In this document: positions 17,034 to 24,565 of the stretch, in pieces
Position numbering within the stretch: position 1 is the first letter of the stretch
How the letters are laid out: the number at the start of each line of letters is the position of its first letter
Source: Promethearchaeota archaeon
GTDB taxonomy: Archaea > Asgardarchaeota > Hermodarchaeia > Hermodarchaeales > Hermodarchaeaceae
Assembly (NCBI GenBank): GCA_048938295.1
Contig: JBHLMI010000001.1
Coordinates: 157,369-189,368 of the forward strand
Direction of reading: 5' to 3'
Length of the DNA: 32,000 nucleotides
Notes under the pieces: generated by a model
Told to the model about the DNA's origin: nothing
Database searches by the model: none
The model's input: the letters and a program-made list of their open reading frames with translations, nothing else
Position numbers and translations under genes: made by a program

Positions 17034-17591
17034 TCACTCCTCAAATTGCCAATCCTCCTCTTCGTCATCTTTCTTGTCTTTCTTCTCTTTGCCTTTCACA
17101 CGTTGGATCTGGCTACGTAATGGGAGGTCAACCCGGAGAACATGGTCTGCAGCGTTTTGCACCGCTACGCTAAAGCCCGGTTCAAACCCAATCGCTATCG
17201 TTTCCAGACCATGTTCACGTGCGCGTCGGAGGATTGGGGCAGTCCTTGCGTGACGGCTAAAGATCACGAGTAACTTAGTAGCATCACCTAAGACGAGATC
17301 CATTGATTCAATTGCCATGTGGAGATGCACATCAATGGTAGTGACCACGGGTGTGAATCCACTATTCGATATAGCCTCTAACAGCTTAGTGCTGGCGCGA
17401 TTGTTCAAGTAGACCTTTGCGACACCAATTTTTCCAAAATCCTCTATCTGGTTCTTCAAATCATCTAATCGCACATCAAATTCGCGACGAAGAACATTGG
17501 GACCATCGATAAGTAATGCAACTCTTCCCGAACGACGAAGTCTTGTTACTAAGCGGATAAGACTTCGAATTCGTCCAGTTCGAGAAGACAT
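17034..17591 (-). CDS. NYN-domain protein (TIGR00288-like) with degenerate catalytic site
   Basis: LLIDGPNVLRREF, KVYLN, GFTP and IGFEPGFS.AVQNAAD match the family. The expected DVD and RDADF motifs read DVH and RHART. Confidence 0.85.
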   Translation of the reverse strand: MSSRTGRIRSLIRLVTRLRRSGRVALLIDGPNVLRREFDVRLDDLKNQIEDFGKIGVAKVYLNNRASTKLLEAISNSGFTPVVTTIDVHLHMAIESMDLVLGDATKLLVIFSRHARTAPILRRAREHGLETIAIGFEPGFSVAVQNAADHVLRVDLPLRSQIQRVKGKEKKDKKDDEEEDWQFEE

Positions 17592-17707
17592 AGATGATCC
17601 AACTCGTTTGAGCTGATAATAGATTCAAATGCCGAATAGTTGTTCTTTTCTCAATCCCTCTTGCTCTCCCTTATTTCTTTTGTTTTAGATACGGAAAGTT
17701 TAACTGC

Positions 17708-18424
17708 ATGTCTTTGGCTGTAGCCAGAAGGGGGCTAACCGTCTTGAAACAAGTCATCGATCAAGAAAAAGCATGGGACATGATTCGTGGAGTAAAAAGT
17801 GCTGGTGGACAAATCGCATCAGCTACCATCCATGTTAGGGTCACAGAAAGTGCAAATGAAGCGGATTTCAGGAACACTGTGAATGCCATCTTAGATGAAG
17901 GGCTAGCCCAACCTAGGGGTCGCGCTGTAATTGTCTGGGGTGAAAAAGCTACAGAAATTAATGACATTGCTAATCTCTGGATGCACTATGGAGTTGTTGA
18001 ATCCACGGAGATCCTTTCCACCTGTCGAAATTTGGCTGGTAAAGCCGGTTTTGGGGAGACTGGACGGATTCGATTAACCTGTGCTTTAGAATTTTCCGAG
18101 CGGAATCGAGTTGTAACCCTCCATGATTTAGCTTATCCCGCCCGTGGTGGTGAAGCGGTAGCAGACACGGTTGCCCTTCGTCCCTACAAAGCGGTTAGCG
18201 AAAAAGGCGAATACACTTTCAAAACACTTACCGAACTGAAGGAGTTCCTCGAAAAGGTCAAGAATGCTGAAACTCACAAGTTTGATGATAAAACCGGAAA
18301 ATGGATTCGGTGGGTTGAAGTTGAGCAAACCGAGGATACACTCTTTGTCAGCATTCCTAGCCAAAAGGGGTCACGTCGCCTTCAAATTGATCTTAAAACC
18401 GGGAAAGTCGAGGAAAAGAAATAA
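17708..18424 (+). CDS. Hypothetical soluble protein
   Basis: Intact 238-aa ORF with globular composition, divergent from the NYN gene and followed by a T-rich tract. No family recognised. Confidence 0.7.
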   Translation: MSLAVARRGLTVLKQVIDQEKAWDMIRGVKSAGGQIASATIHVRVTESANEADFRNTVNAILDEGLAQPRGRAVIVWGEKATEINDIANLWMHYGVVESTEILSTCRNLAGKAGFGETGRIRLTCALEFSERNRVVTLHDLAYPARGGEAVADTVALRPYKAVSEKGEYTFKTLTELKEFLEKVKNAETHKFDDKTGKWIRWVEVEQTEDTLFVSIPSQKGSRRLQIDLKTGKVEEKK

Positions 18425-18430
18425 TTCCTA

Positions 18431-18445
18431 CTTTCTCTCTTTTTT
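18431..18445 (+). terminator. Oligo-pyrimidine/oligo-T archaeal terminator-like tract
   Basis: CTTTCTCTCTTTTTT starts 7 nt after the 18424 stop. Confidence 0.45.
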
Positions 18446-18524
18446 AAGGAGCAGGCTTATTAGCCTTTAAGAACAATTGTCTACTCCGTAGAGGAACGTC
18501 ATCAACAAAGCGAGGTAACCGTTC

Positions 18525-19199
18525 ATGTCTGAAGAAGAAAGACAAGAAAAAGAAGAAGAAAGCGAAAAAGCTGAAAAACGAAGAGTAGCCAAACAACTAG
18601 CTACCTCTTTTCCAAAATTCCTAATCAACGGATTGATTGTGATCGCAGTCGGACTATTCTACATCTTTGCTGTCCCCTTATTTGCCTTCTTAGACCTTTA
18701 CCCCATTCTTGTGCTCCCCACAATTTGGTCATCAATCGGCACGGTTATCTTGACCGGCTATTCACTAATCCGGATAGGTGTCCTGCTCGTTATTTTGCTA
18801 TTTGGAATTGAAGCCCTCATGCAATTTGCCCGCTCCGCTGACGCTTTTTCCGATTATATCATTAGTCGTCTACCAGGTATGCGCTCCACCGACCGATACC
18901 ACCCCCGACGCATCCCACTCGACATCATCTACATTTTCATGATTTTAGCTGTCTATGTAATCGTTTCACCCATCTTTGTCCCGGGGATGTTTCCCATCGA
19001 TGTCCTCCAGCCCTACTTCCAAATCCTTGCCGTTTCCATTGTCTTGTTCTTTGTCCTAATGTTCATCTACGATTTAGCCAAATCCATTCAGAAATCCGCT
19101 AAACGGGGTATCGATCGATTTGGGGTACGACTAGCCCAACGTTACGAAGTTGTCGATGAAGAAGAGCCAGAAAAACCAGACTCAGACTTTCGCTATTAG
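18525..19199 (+). CDS. Hypothetical membrane protein (about 4 TM, charged termini)
   Basis: Four hydrophobic spans between an E/K-rich N-terminus and an acidic C-terminus; GAGGT upstream. Confidence 0.75.
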   Translation: MSEEERQEKEEESEKAEKRRVAKQLATSFPKFLINGLIVIAVGLFYIFAVPLFAFLDLYPILVLPTIWSSIGTVILTGYSLIRIGVLLVILLFGIEALMQFARSADAFSDYIISRLPGMRSTDRYHPRRIPLDIIYIFMILAVYVIVSPIFVPGMFPIDVLQPYFQILAVSIVLFFVLMFIYDLAKSIQKSAKRGIDRFGVRLAQRYEVVDEEEPEKPDSDFRY

Positions 19200-20089
19200 C
19201 CTGTGGACTGAGCTGGTGCTTCAACTGGTGTAGCTGAACGCTTCCGACTTGCTTTCTTCGGTGCAGCCTCAGCAATCTCAGCCAGTATAATTGCCGTTTT
19301 CCGGAGCCCATCCAACCGCATTGCTCTCTCGGGTGGTGGGTCAAGCCCAATGAGAAACTGAGTATTCGAATTGAAGTTATTAACACGAACAAATGACCAA
19401 TACTCTCTCAGGGCGTTGAGTTGTGGTTCAACCTGTTCTGAATACGCTTCTTCTGAGAATTCAGGGAAATCAATCCGAAGATACCAAGTATCTTGCATAT
19501 CTTTGAGAATATCTGCAGATAGGTCATATAATTTCATGAGAAATGTGAGGAGCGGTTCAAGTGCTTCACGTCGAACAATATCTCCATCCGGATCTAAACT
19601 GACCATGCTTCGCTTCAAATCCACGCTAAAGATACCTTTCCCCACACCAAAGTACCACCGGTTTTCAATGGCATACCCAAACACAGTCTGTTTGGTTGTG
19701 GTTTCCAACCATTTTTTGAACACCTCAAAATTGGCTTCATCGTCGTCTTTTTTGAATTGCACATAGCGTCGAAAGTAGGAGAGTGGATATCTGGGTTCAT
19801 GGGGGTGATCGCGTTTTGCCCCAGACTTCAAATAGGCTTCCAGTGCTCGAATACTCACCTGGTAACAAAAGGAAGGCAACTCACTCGTTTTTGCTCCTAG
19901 TGCAATGAGCATATTAAGGAAGACACGATCGGGACAAAGTGGTTTGATAGTGCAGCGCATCCGGTCACGCTGACATTCTTTACAGGTACTTGCCATCCGG
20001 GTAAGGACCTGAGTAAGCATAAAGCGTCCCATGGTTGGGTTGCTAAGTTCTTCTAATTTATCAAAACGGTCTTGGTATTTCATGTACAT
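19196..20089 (-). CDS. Hypothetical protein with N-terminal Cys cluster (CxxC-x6-C-x5-C...C)
   Basis: 297-aa ORF containing CKECQRDRMRCTIKPLC and PSFCY; 4-nt convergent overlap with the neighbour. Confidence 0.75.
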   Translation of the reverse strand: MYMKYQDRFDKLEELSNPTMGRFMLTQVLTRMASTCKECQRDRMRCTIKPLCPDRVFLNMLIALGAKTSELPSFCYQVSIRALEAYLKSGAKRDHPHEPRYPLSYFRRYVQFKKDDDEANFEVFKKWLETTTKQTVFGYAIENRWYFGVGKGIFSVDLKRSMVSLDPDGDIVRREALEPLLTFLMKLYDLSADILKDMQDTWYLRIDFPEFSEEAYSEQVEPQLNALREYWSFVRVNNFNSNTQFLIGLDPPPERAMRLDGLRKTAIILAEIAEAAPKKASRKRSATPVEAPAQSTG

Positions 20090-20354
20090 GGTCTGTCACC
20101 CAACGCTACCCAGTAAAACGCGGCCTCCACTCGTCTTTCGAAGAAAACTCCGAGTAAACAGTCTTCACAAACGCTTAGAAGCTTCTAAACCTTTCGGTAC
20201 TTAAACCCACGATTTTTTGATTTTCGAATACCACTTTAGTTTCCCTTGCATTCATCATTATTACATTTTCTTCGAGATGAGCAAAGCATAAAAGACTTGA
20301 GACTCTCCATCGAAGCGAATTTCGCTCAATTATTTAGTCTGGGTGTCTATTTTC

Positions 20355-20924
20355 ATGACCGAACAAATCATAGACCTTCGGTTTCATGGGCGTGGTGGTC
20401 AAGGCGCATGGACTGCCTCAATCCTTCTAGCCCGTGCAGCGATTGCAGAAGGTAAACATGCACAGTCATTCCCCTTTTTCGGACCGGAACGGAGCGGAGC
20501 ACCTGTCGAAGCCTTTGCCCGGATAAGCAATGAAGAAATCGAACTACATAGCAAAGTGTATGAACCCAGCTATGTTGTAGTTATTGACCCTACTCTTCTT
20601 GCGCAAGTGCCAGATACCATTGTCGCTGGGACCAATGCACAAACAAAACTTATTGTGAATACTCGAGAAGATGCGAAAACAATAGCTAAGAAACTTGAAT
20701 TCAAAGGCGAAGTCTGGACACTCGCGGCTACTGATTTAGCGCGTGAACTGATTGGGCGACCTATCGCGAACACTGCCATGTTAGGCGCTTTGGTTCGGGC
20801 TACTAGTATTGTGAAACTTGAAAGCTTATTTGTAGAAGTCAATGAGCAGTTCGGTGAACGCATTGGTGAACGAAACATTGCTGTGATTAAACGCGCCTAT
20901 GACGAGGTGGAGAAACATGCCTGA
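20355..20924 (+). CDS. porC: 2-oxoacid (pyruvate/ketoisovalerate):ferredoxin oxidoreductase gamma subunit
   Basis: [19 protein letters not shown] and NTAMLGA; ATG 20355. Confidence 0.95.
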   Translation: MTEQIIDLRFHGRGGQGAWTASILLARAAIAEGKHAQSFPFFGPERSGAPVEAFARISNEEIELHSKVYEPSYVVVIDPTLLAQVPDTIVAGTNAQTKLIVNTREDAKTIAKKLEFKGEVWTLAATDLARELIGRPIANTAMLGALVRATSIVKLESLFVEVNEQFGERIGERNIAVIKRAYDEVEKHA

Positions 20925-21189
20925 AAAACAGCCTGGTTCTAAAGATATACCTGCTGCAGGAGTCTGCTGGAAGTCTGCAACAGAATACAAGACTGGCGAT
21001 TGGCGTAGCAAACGCCCCGTCCGTGACAAGGAAAAATGTACTCGCTGTCTCACTTGTTGGGTTTTCTGCCCGGATGCTGCAATCAGCTGGGATGGAAATG
21101 ACATTCACTTTGATATGAACTATTGCAAAGGCTGTGGCATCTGCGCTGAAGAGTGCCCAGTCAAATGCATCGAAATGGAGGATGAATAA
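20917..21189 (+). CDS. porD: 2-oxoacid:ferredoxin oxidoreductase delta subunit (2x[4Fe-4S])
   Basis: [18 protein letters not shown] and [13 protein letters not shown]; ATG overlaps the gamma-subunit stop. Confidence 0.95.
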   Translation: MPEKQPGSKDIPAAGVCWKSATEYKTGDWRSKRPVRDKEKCTRCLTCWVFCPDAAISWDGNDIHFDMNYCKGCGICAEECPVKCIEMEDE

Positions 21190-21194
21190 AACCG

Positions 21195-22421
21195 ATGCCT
21201 GTAAAACAGATCCTCATGGGAATAAATGGCGATGAGGCCGTTGCCTACGCCGCAAAACACGCTCTCGTCGACGTGTGCGCCGCCTATCCGATTACCCCCC
21301 AAACCATCATCGTTGAGAAATTCGCTGAGTTTGTGGCCAACGGTGAAGTCGAAACTGAATTCGTTCGTGTTGAATCCGAACACAGTGCTCTCAGCGCCTG
21401 TCTCGGTGCCTCCGCTGCTGGCGCCCGCACCTTCACCGCAAGTGCAGCCAATGGCATTGAACTCATGCACGAAGTTATCTTCCTCACTTCATCCATCCGT
21501 CAACCTGTCGTCATGGCTGTCGCCGATCGCTCACCGAGTGGCCCTATCAATATTCACGGGGACCAAACTGTCTCCCTCGCCCAACGGGACACCGGCTGGA
21601 TCATGATGTACTGCGAAAACTCCCAGGAAGCCTACGACTCCACTTTACAAGCCTTCCGCATCGGCGAACACCCAGACGTCCAACTCCCCGTCATGACCAT
21701 GCTCGATGGCTTCGTCCTCACCCACACATTAGAAAACGTCTATCTCCTGGACGAAGCAGCTGCTCACAAATTCGTTGGACGTCGCCAACCCATGATGATC
21801 ACCATCAATGGAAAACAAGTCCCCCTCAAACTCGATCCCAAAACGCCAATCACCATCGGGCCCCTCCAACTCTTCGACTACTACATGGAATCTAAGCTGC
21901 AACACAGCGAAGCCATGGAAAAAGCCCGTCCTGTCATCACCCAAATCAACAACGAATGGGCCCAACTCACTGGACGTAAATACGGCGACGGTTACCTCCA
22001 ACCCTTCAAAGTCAACGATGCAGATGCCGTCATCCTCACCACTGGAAGCTCTGCTGGAACCGCGCGCTTCGTCGCCCGCCAACTCCGTGCTCAAGGCAAG
22101 AAGGTGGGGCTCCTGAAACTGCGAACCTTCCGCCCCTTTCCCGACAAAAAAATCGCTCAAATCCTTGCCGACGTCCCTGTGGTAGGTATCTTTGAACGCA
22201 CCCACACCACCGGTAGCTTTGGCGGTCCAGTCTTCAACGAGGTGCGCAGCGCCCTCTACAATCACGAAACCCGCCCCACTATCCTTGGATATTATGGCGG
22301 ACTCGGCGGGCGCGACGTCACCCCCGACCATTTCAACGCTATCTACAAAGAATTGCTCAAAATCAAGGACACGGGTAAAGTCCCCAGCCGTCCGATAAAA
22401 TACATAACGGTCAGAAAATAA
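21195..22421 (+). CDS. porA: 2-oxoacid:ferredoxin oxidoreductase alpha subunit
   Basis: GDEAVAYA, AYPITPQT, VESEHSA and GLGGRD. Confidence 0.96.
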   Translation: MPVKQILMGINGDEAVAYAAKHALVDVCAAYPITPQTIIVEKFAEFVANGEVETEFVRVESEHSALSACLGASAAGARTFTASAANGIELMHEVIFLTSSIRQPVVMAVADRSPSGPINIHGDQTVSLAQRDTGWIMMYCENSQEAYDSTLQAFRIGEHPDVQLPVMTMLDGFVLTHTLENVYLLDEAAAHKFVGRRQPMMITINGKQVPLKLDPKTPITIGPLQLFDYYMESKLQHSEAMEKARPVITQINNEWAQLTGRKYGDGYLQPFKVNDADAVILTTGSSAGTARFVARQLRAQGKKVGLLKLRTFRPFPDKKIAQILADVPVVGIFERTHTTGSFGGPVFNEVRSALYNHETRPTILGYYGGLGGRDVTPDHFNAIYKELLKIKDTGKVPSRPIKYITVRK

Positions 22422-22438
22422 CCAGGAGGAAAATCAAG

Positions 22439-23419
22439 ATGACCCAAGAAACCCCCCAATGGCAACCCAAACTCAAAGCCATCGCTGAGCAACAAGAGCT
22501 CTTCACCAGTGGCCAACGCCTCTGCGCCGGCTGCCCCGCCGGCTCCATGGCCCGCATGGCCATGCATGCCCTCCCACGCCCCAACAACACAATCGTCAGC
22601 CAAGCCACCGGCTGCCTCGAAGTCGCCTCCACCATCTACCCCTACACCGCATGGCGCGTCCCCTGGATGCACTCCCTCTTCGAAAACGCCCCCGCAAACG
22701 CCAGCGGCGTCGAAGCTGCCTATAAAGCCCGCAAACGCCAAAACCTCGAAGATGACATCCCTGATTTGCTCGTGTTTAGCGGAGATGGCAGTGGATTCGA
22801 CATTGGCGTCCAAGCTGCCAGTGGCGCTATCGAACGCCGACACAACTTCCTCTACATTATCTACGACAACGAGGCATACCAGAACACCGGCATCCAGCGC
22901 TCTGGTGCGACTCCTAAGTATGCTTGGACGACTACCAGCCAAGTGGGAAAGGTGGTGCCTGGAAAGCCGATTTGGAAGAAACCCATTGCATTAGTGTATG
23001 CTGCTCATAATCCTGAATACTGTGCAACCGCATCAGTCTATCATTGGCGTGATTTTATGATGAAAGTGCGGAAGGGTATGGAGAAGCTGGGCCCTGCAAT
23101 CATTCATGTACTAGCTCCATGTCATCGGAACTGGCGATATCCTGAAGAGCTCGGGATGAAGATGGCCAAGCTTGCAGTGGAGACGTGTTTCCATCCGTTG
23201 TGGGAGTATGATGGGACTACTCGTTCATATACTATGTCTTCGCCAAGTTTGCGGTATGTGAAGGATCCGTCGAAGAAGAAGCCGGTTGAGGAGTGGTTGG
23301 AGCCGCAGGGTCGGTTCCGTCATCTGTTTCGTCCGACGCGACGTGATGATTTGATTCAGGATTTCCAGAATCTCGTGGATGAGGACTGGGACTATATCCA
23401 GAGACTCACGAAGATGTAA
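22439..23419 (+). CDS. porB: 2-oxoacid:ferredoxin oxidoreductase beta subunit (TPP-binding)
   Basis: LCAGCP, TGCLEV, GDGSGFDIG...YDNEAYQNTGIQRS and APC. Substrate specificity cannot be read from motifs. Confidence 0.96.
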   Translation: MTQETPQWQPKLKAIAEQQELFTSGQRLCAGCPAGSMARMAMHALPRPNNTIVSQATGCLEVASTIYPYTAWRVPWMHSLFENAPANASGVEAAYKARKRQNLEDDIPDLLVFSGDGSGFDIGVQAASGAIERRHNFLYIIYDNEAYQNTGIQRSGATPKYAWTTTSQVGKVVPGKPIWKKPIALVYAAHNPEYCATASVYHWRDFMMKVRKGMEKLGPAIIHVLAPCHRNWRYPEELGMKMAKLAVETCFHPLWEYDGTTRSYTMSSPSLRYVKDPSKKKPVEEWLEPQGRFRHLFRPTRRDDLIQDFQNLVDEDWDYIQRLTKM

Positions 23420-23522
23420 TCTGTTCAGTTGATTCATCTTTGTTCACAAATAGGATGCTTGGTTATTCAATCAGTTAGCTATGAATCGGCTATGAGTGGA
23501 TTTATCTTTAAGCTCGAGAAGA

Positions 23523-23542
23523 CCCCGACCTTCAGGGCGGAG
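23523..23542 (+). mobile_element. Degenerate IS200/IS605-type subterminal hairpin (possible scar, no transposase)
   Basis: CCCCGACC-TTCA-GGGCGGAG is two changes from CCCCGCCC-TTCA-GGGCGGGG, the type of hairpin recalled for IS200/IS605 ends. It lies 43 nt before a 5'-truncated gene. Confidence 0.4.
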
Positions 23543-23585
23543 ATGAATCGAGACCTTCAAATAGTCTACTGGGAAAGAGAGATAC

Positions 23586-23918
23586 ATGCGGCGAACCGCA
23601 TCGGTGACAGTTCATGGCTTCTCTTTGGATGGGACACTGAATCAGACATGGAATTTTGTGAACTCGCAATATCCTGGCTTCCAGAACTTCGGATTTGATA
23701 CTCCCGGCGATACGGTAGTTGAGGTCATTCGTGAAATAGAGGATACTACCTTTCGGTGTTGGATAATCACGAGTCATCGACCGGTGGAAGTCGTTCTGAA
23801 TCCGGCTGGAGCCTATGCTCCGTTCGCCACCCTGTTTCTGGTATCCGGGGTCGTAATCTTTTCCTTTGGGCTATTTTTCCTGACGAAAGGATTCAGAGTT
23901 GTTCCCAAAGATTACTAG
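23586..23918 (+). pseudogene. 5'-truncated paralog of the membrane protein at 24566-25681 (C-terminal third only)
   Basis: Ungapped hand alignment gives 61/98 identical residues (SVT...KGF). In-frame stops at 23544 and 23562 lie upstream. Confidence 0.75.
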
Positions 23919-24408
23919 CCACTTCTTTTTTCAATCTTAGTAAGTGCTGGTATTGCCACTCTCGTTCTGTAGCAACAGCTGCGTGTGCATTAGTTACGTT
24001 TGTGGCTCTATGAATCGCTTGTAAGGCATATATTGCCGAACCGATAGAATGGGTTGAGACATGTGCGGTTGCCACAGCTTGACCGGCAGCACGGGCTGCA
24101 GAGCGGGCTGCACTATCTTTTCCCACTTCACGGGCAGCGGCATGGGCGTCAAGCGACGCTTTGCGTATAACAGCGATCTTAATCCCGCTGGTCTTTATCC
24201 ACGTTTTGAGTGTTTCAATCGCTTTTCGTGGGCGCTGGTCTTCTGGGTATTCTTTTTCAAAATACGGTAAAACACGCTCAGCGCAAGCAATTGCCCAGAT
24301 TGCCAATGTTTTGTGGTCAGTGTTTTTCACAAGCTCTACAATTCGCTCATCTTTTCTATAGTGTGCAAGTGAGAATTTTGCCTTCTTTTTTTGTGGTTTC
24401 GCATTCAC
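23893..24408 (-). CDS. Imm5-like 'putative immunity protein' family
   Basis: DHKTLAIWAIACAERVL.YFE...P.D.RPR.AIE, AHAAAR, AARAAGQAVATAH and ER.WQ pattern; 26-nt convergent overlap with the truncated gene. Confidence 0.8.
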   Translation of the reverse strand: MNAKPQKKKAKFSLAHYRKDERIVELVKNTDHKTLAIWAIACAERVLPYFEKEYPEDQRPRKAIETLKTWIKTSGIKIAVIRKASLDAHAAAREVGKDSAARSAARAAGQAVATAHVSTHSIGSAIYALQAIHRATNVTNAHAAVATEREWQYQHLLRLKKEVASNLWEQL

Positions 24409-24565
24409 ACTAATTCCTCAACTTATAATCATAAATAGGTAGTTTTGCTGCTTTTTGTTTATCCTTGTTCTGATAGATTGAGCAAGATCAGGTGTTCTAG
24501 TTCACAATAGTTCATATTATAATCGTGTGTGCTGTTGTATGCTTAGATGGTTCGCCGTGAGTATT

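Noticed and set aside
22890-22910. A classical archaeal replication origin at the skew switch
   Set aside because: It lies inside an essential-type coding gene with no ORB repeats, no AT-rich unwinding element and no cdc6/orc1 nearby, and other flips occur in the window.
21729-22994. 200-aa and 199-aa antisense ORFs and a 161-aa Pro/Ala/Ser/Thr-rich alternate-frame ORF in porA/porB
   Set aside because: By-products of the extreme C-ending codon bias, which removes stops from other frames; low-complexity translations.
23429-23698. 89-aa ORF, and a +1 frameshift joining it to the 23586 fragment (H-x4-[a]-SVT matches the paralog's spacing)
   Set aside because: Upstream of SVT similarity is at chance level, and the ORF runs through the repeat scar.
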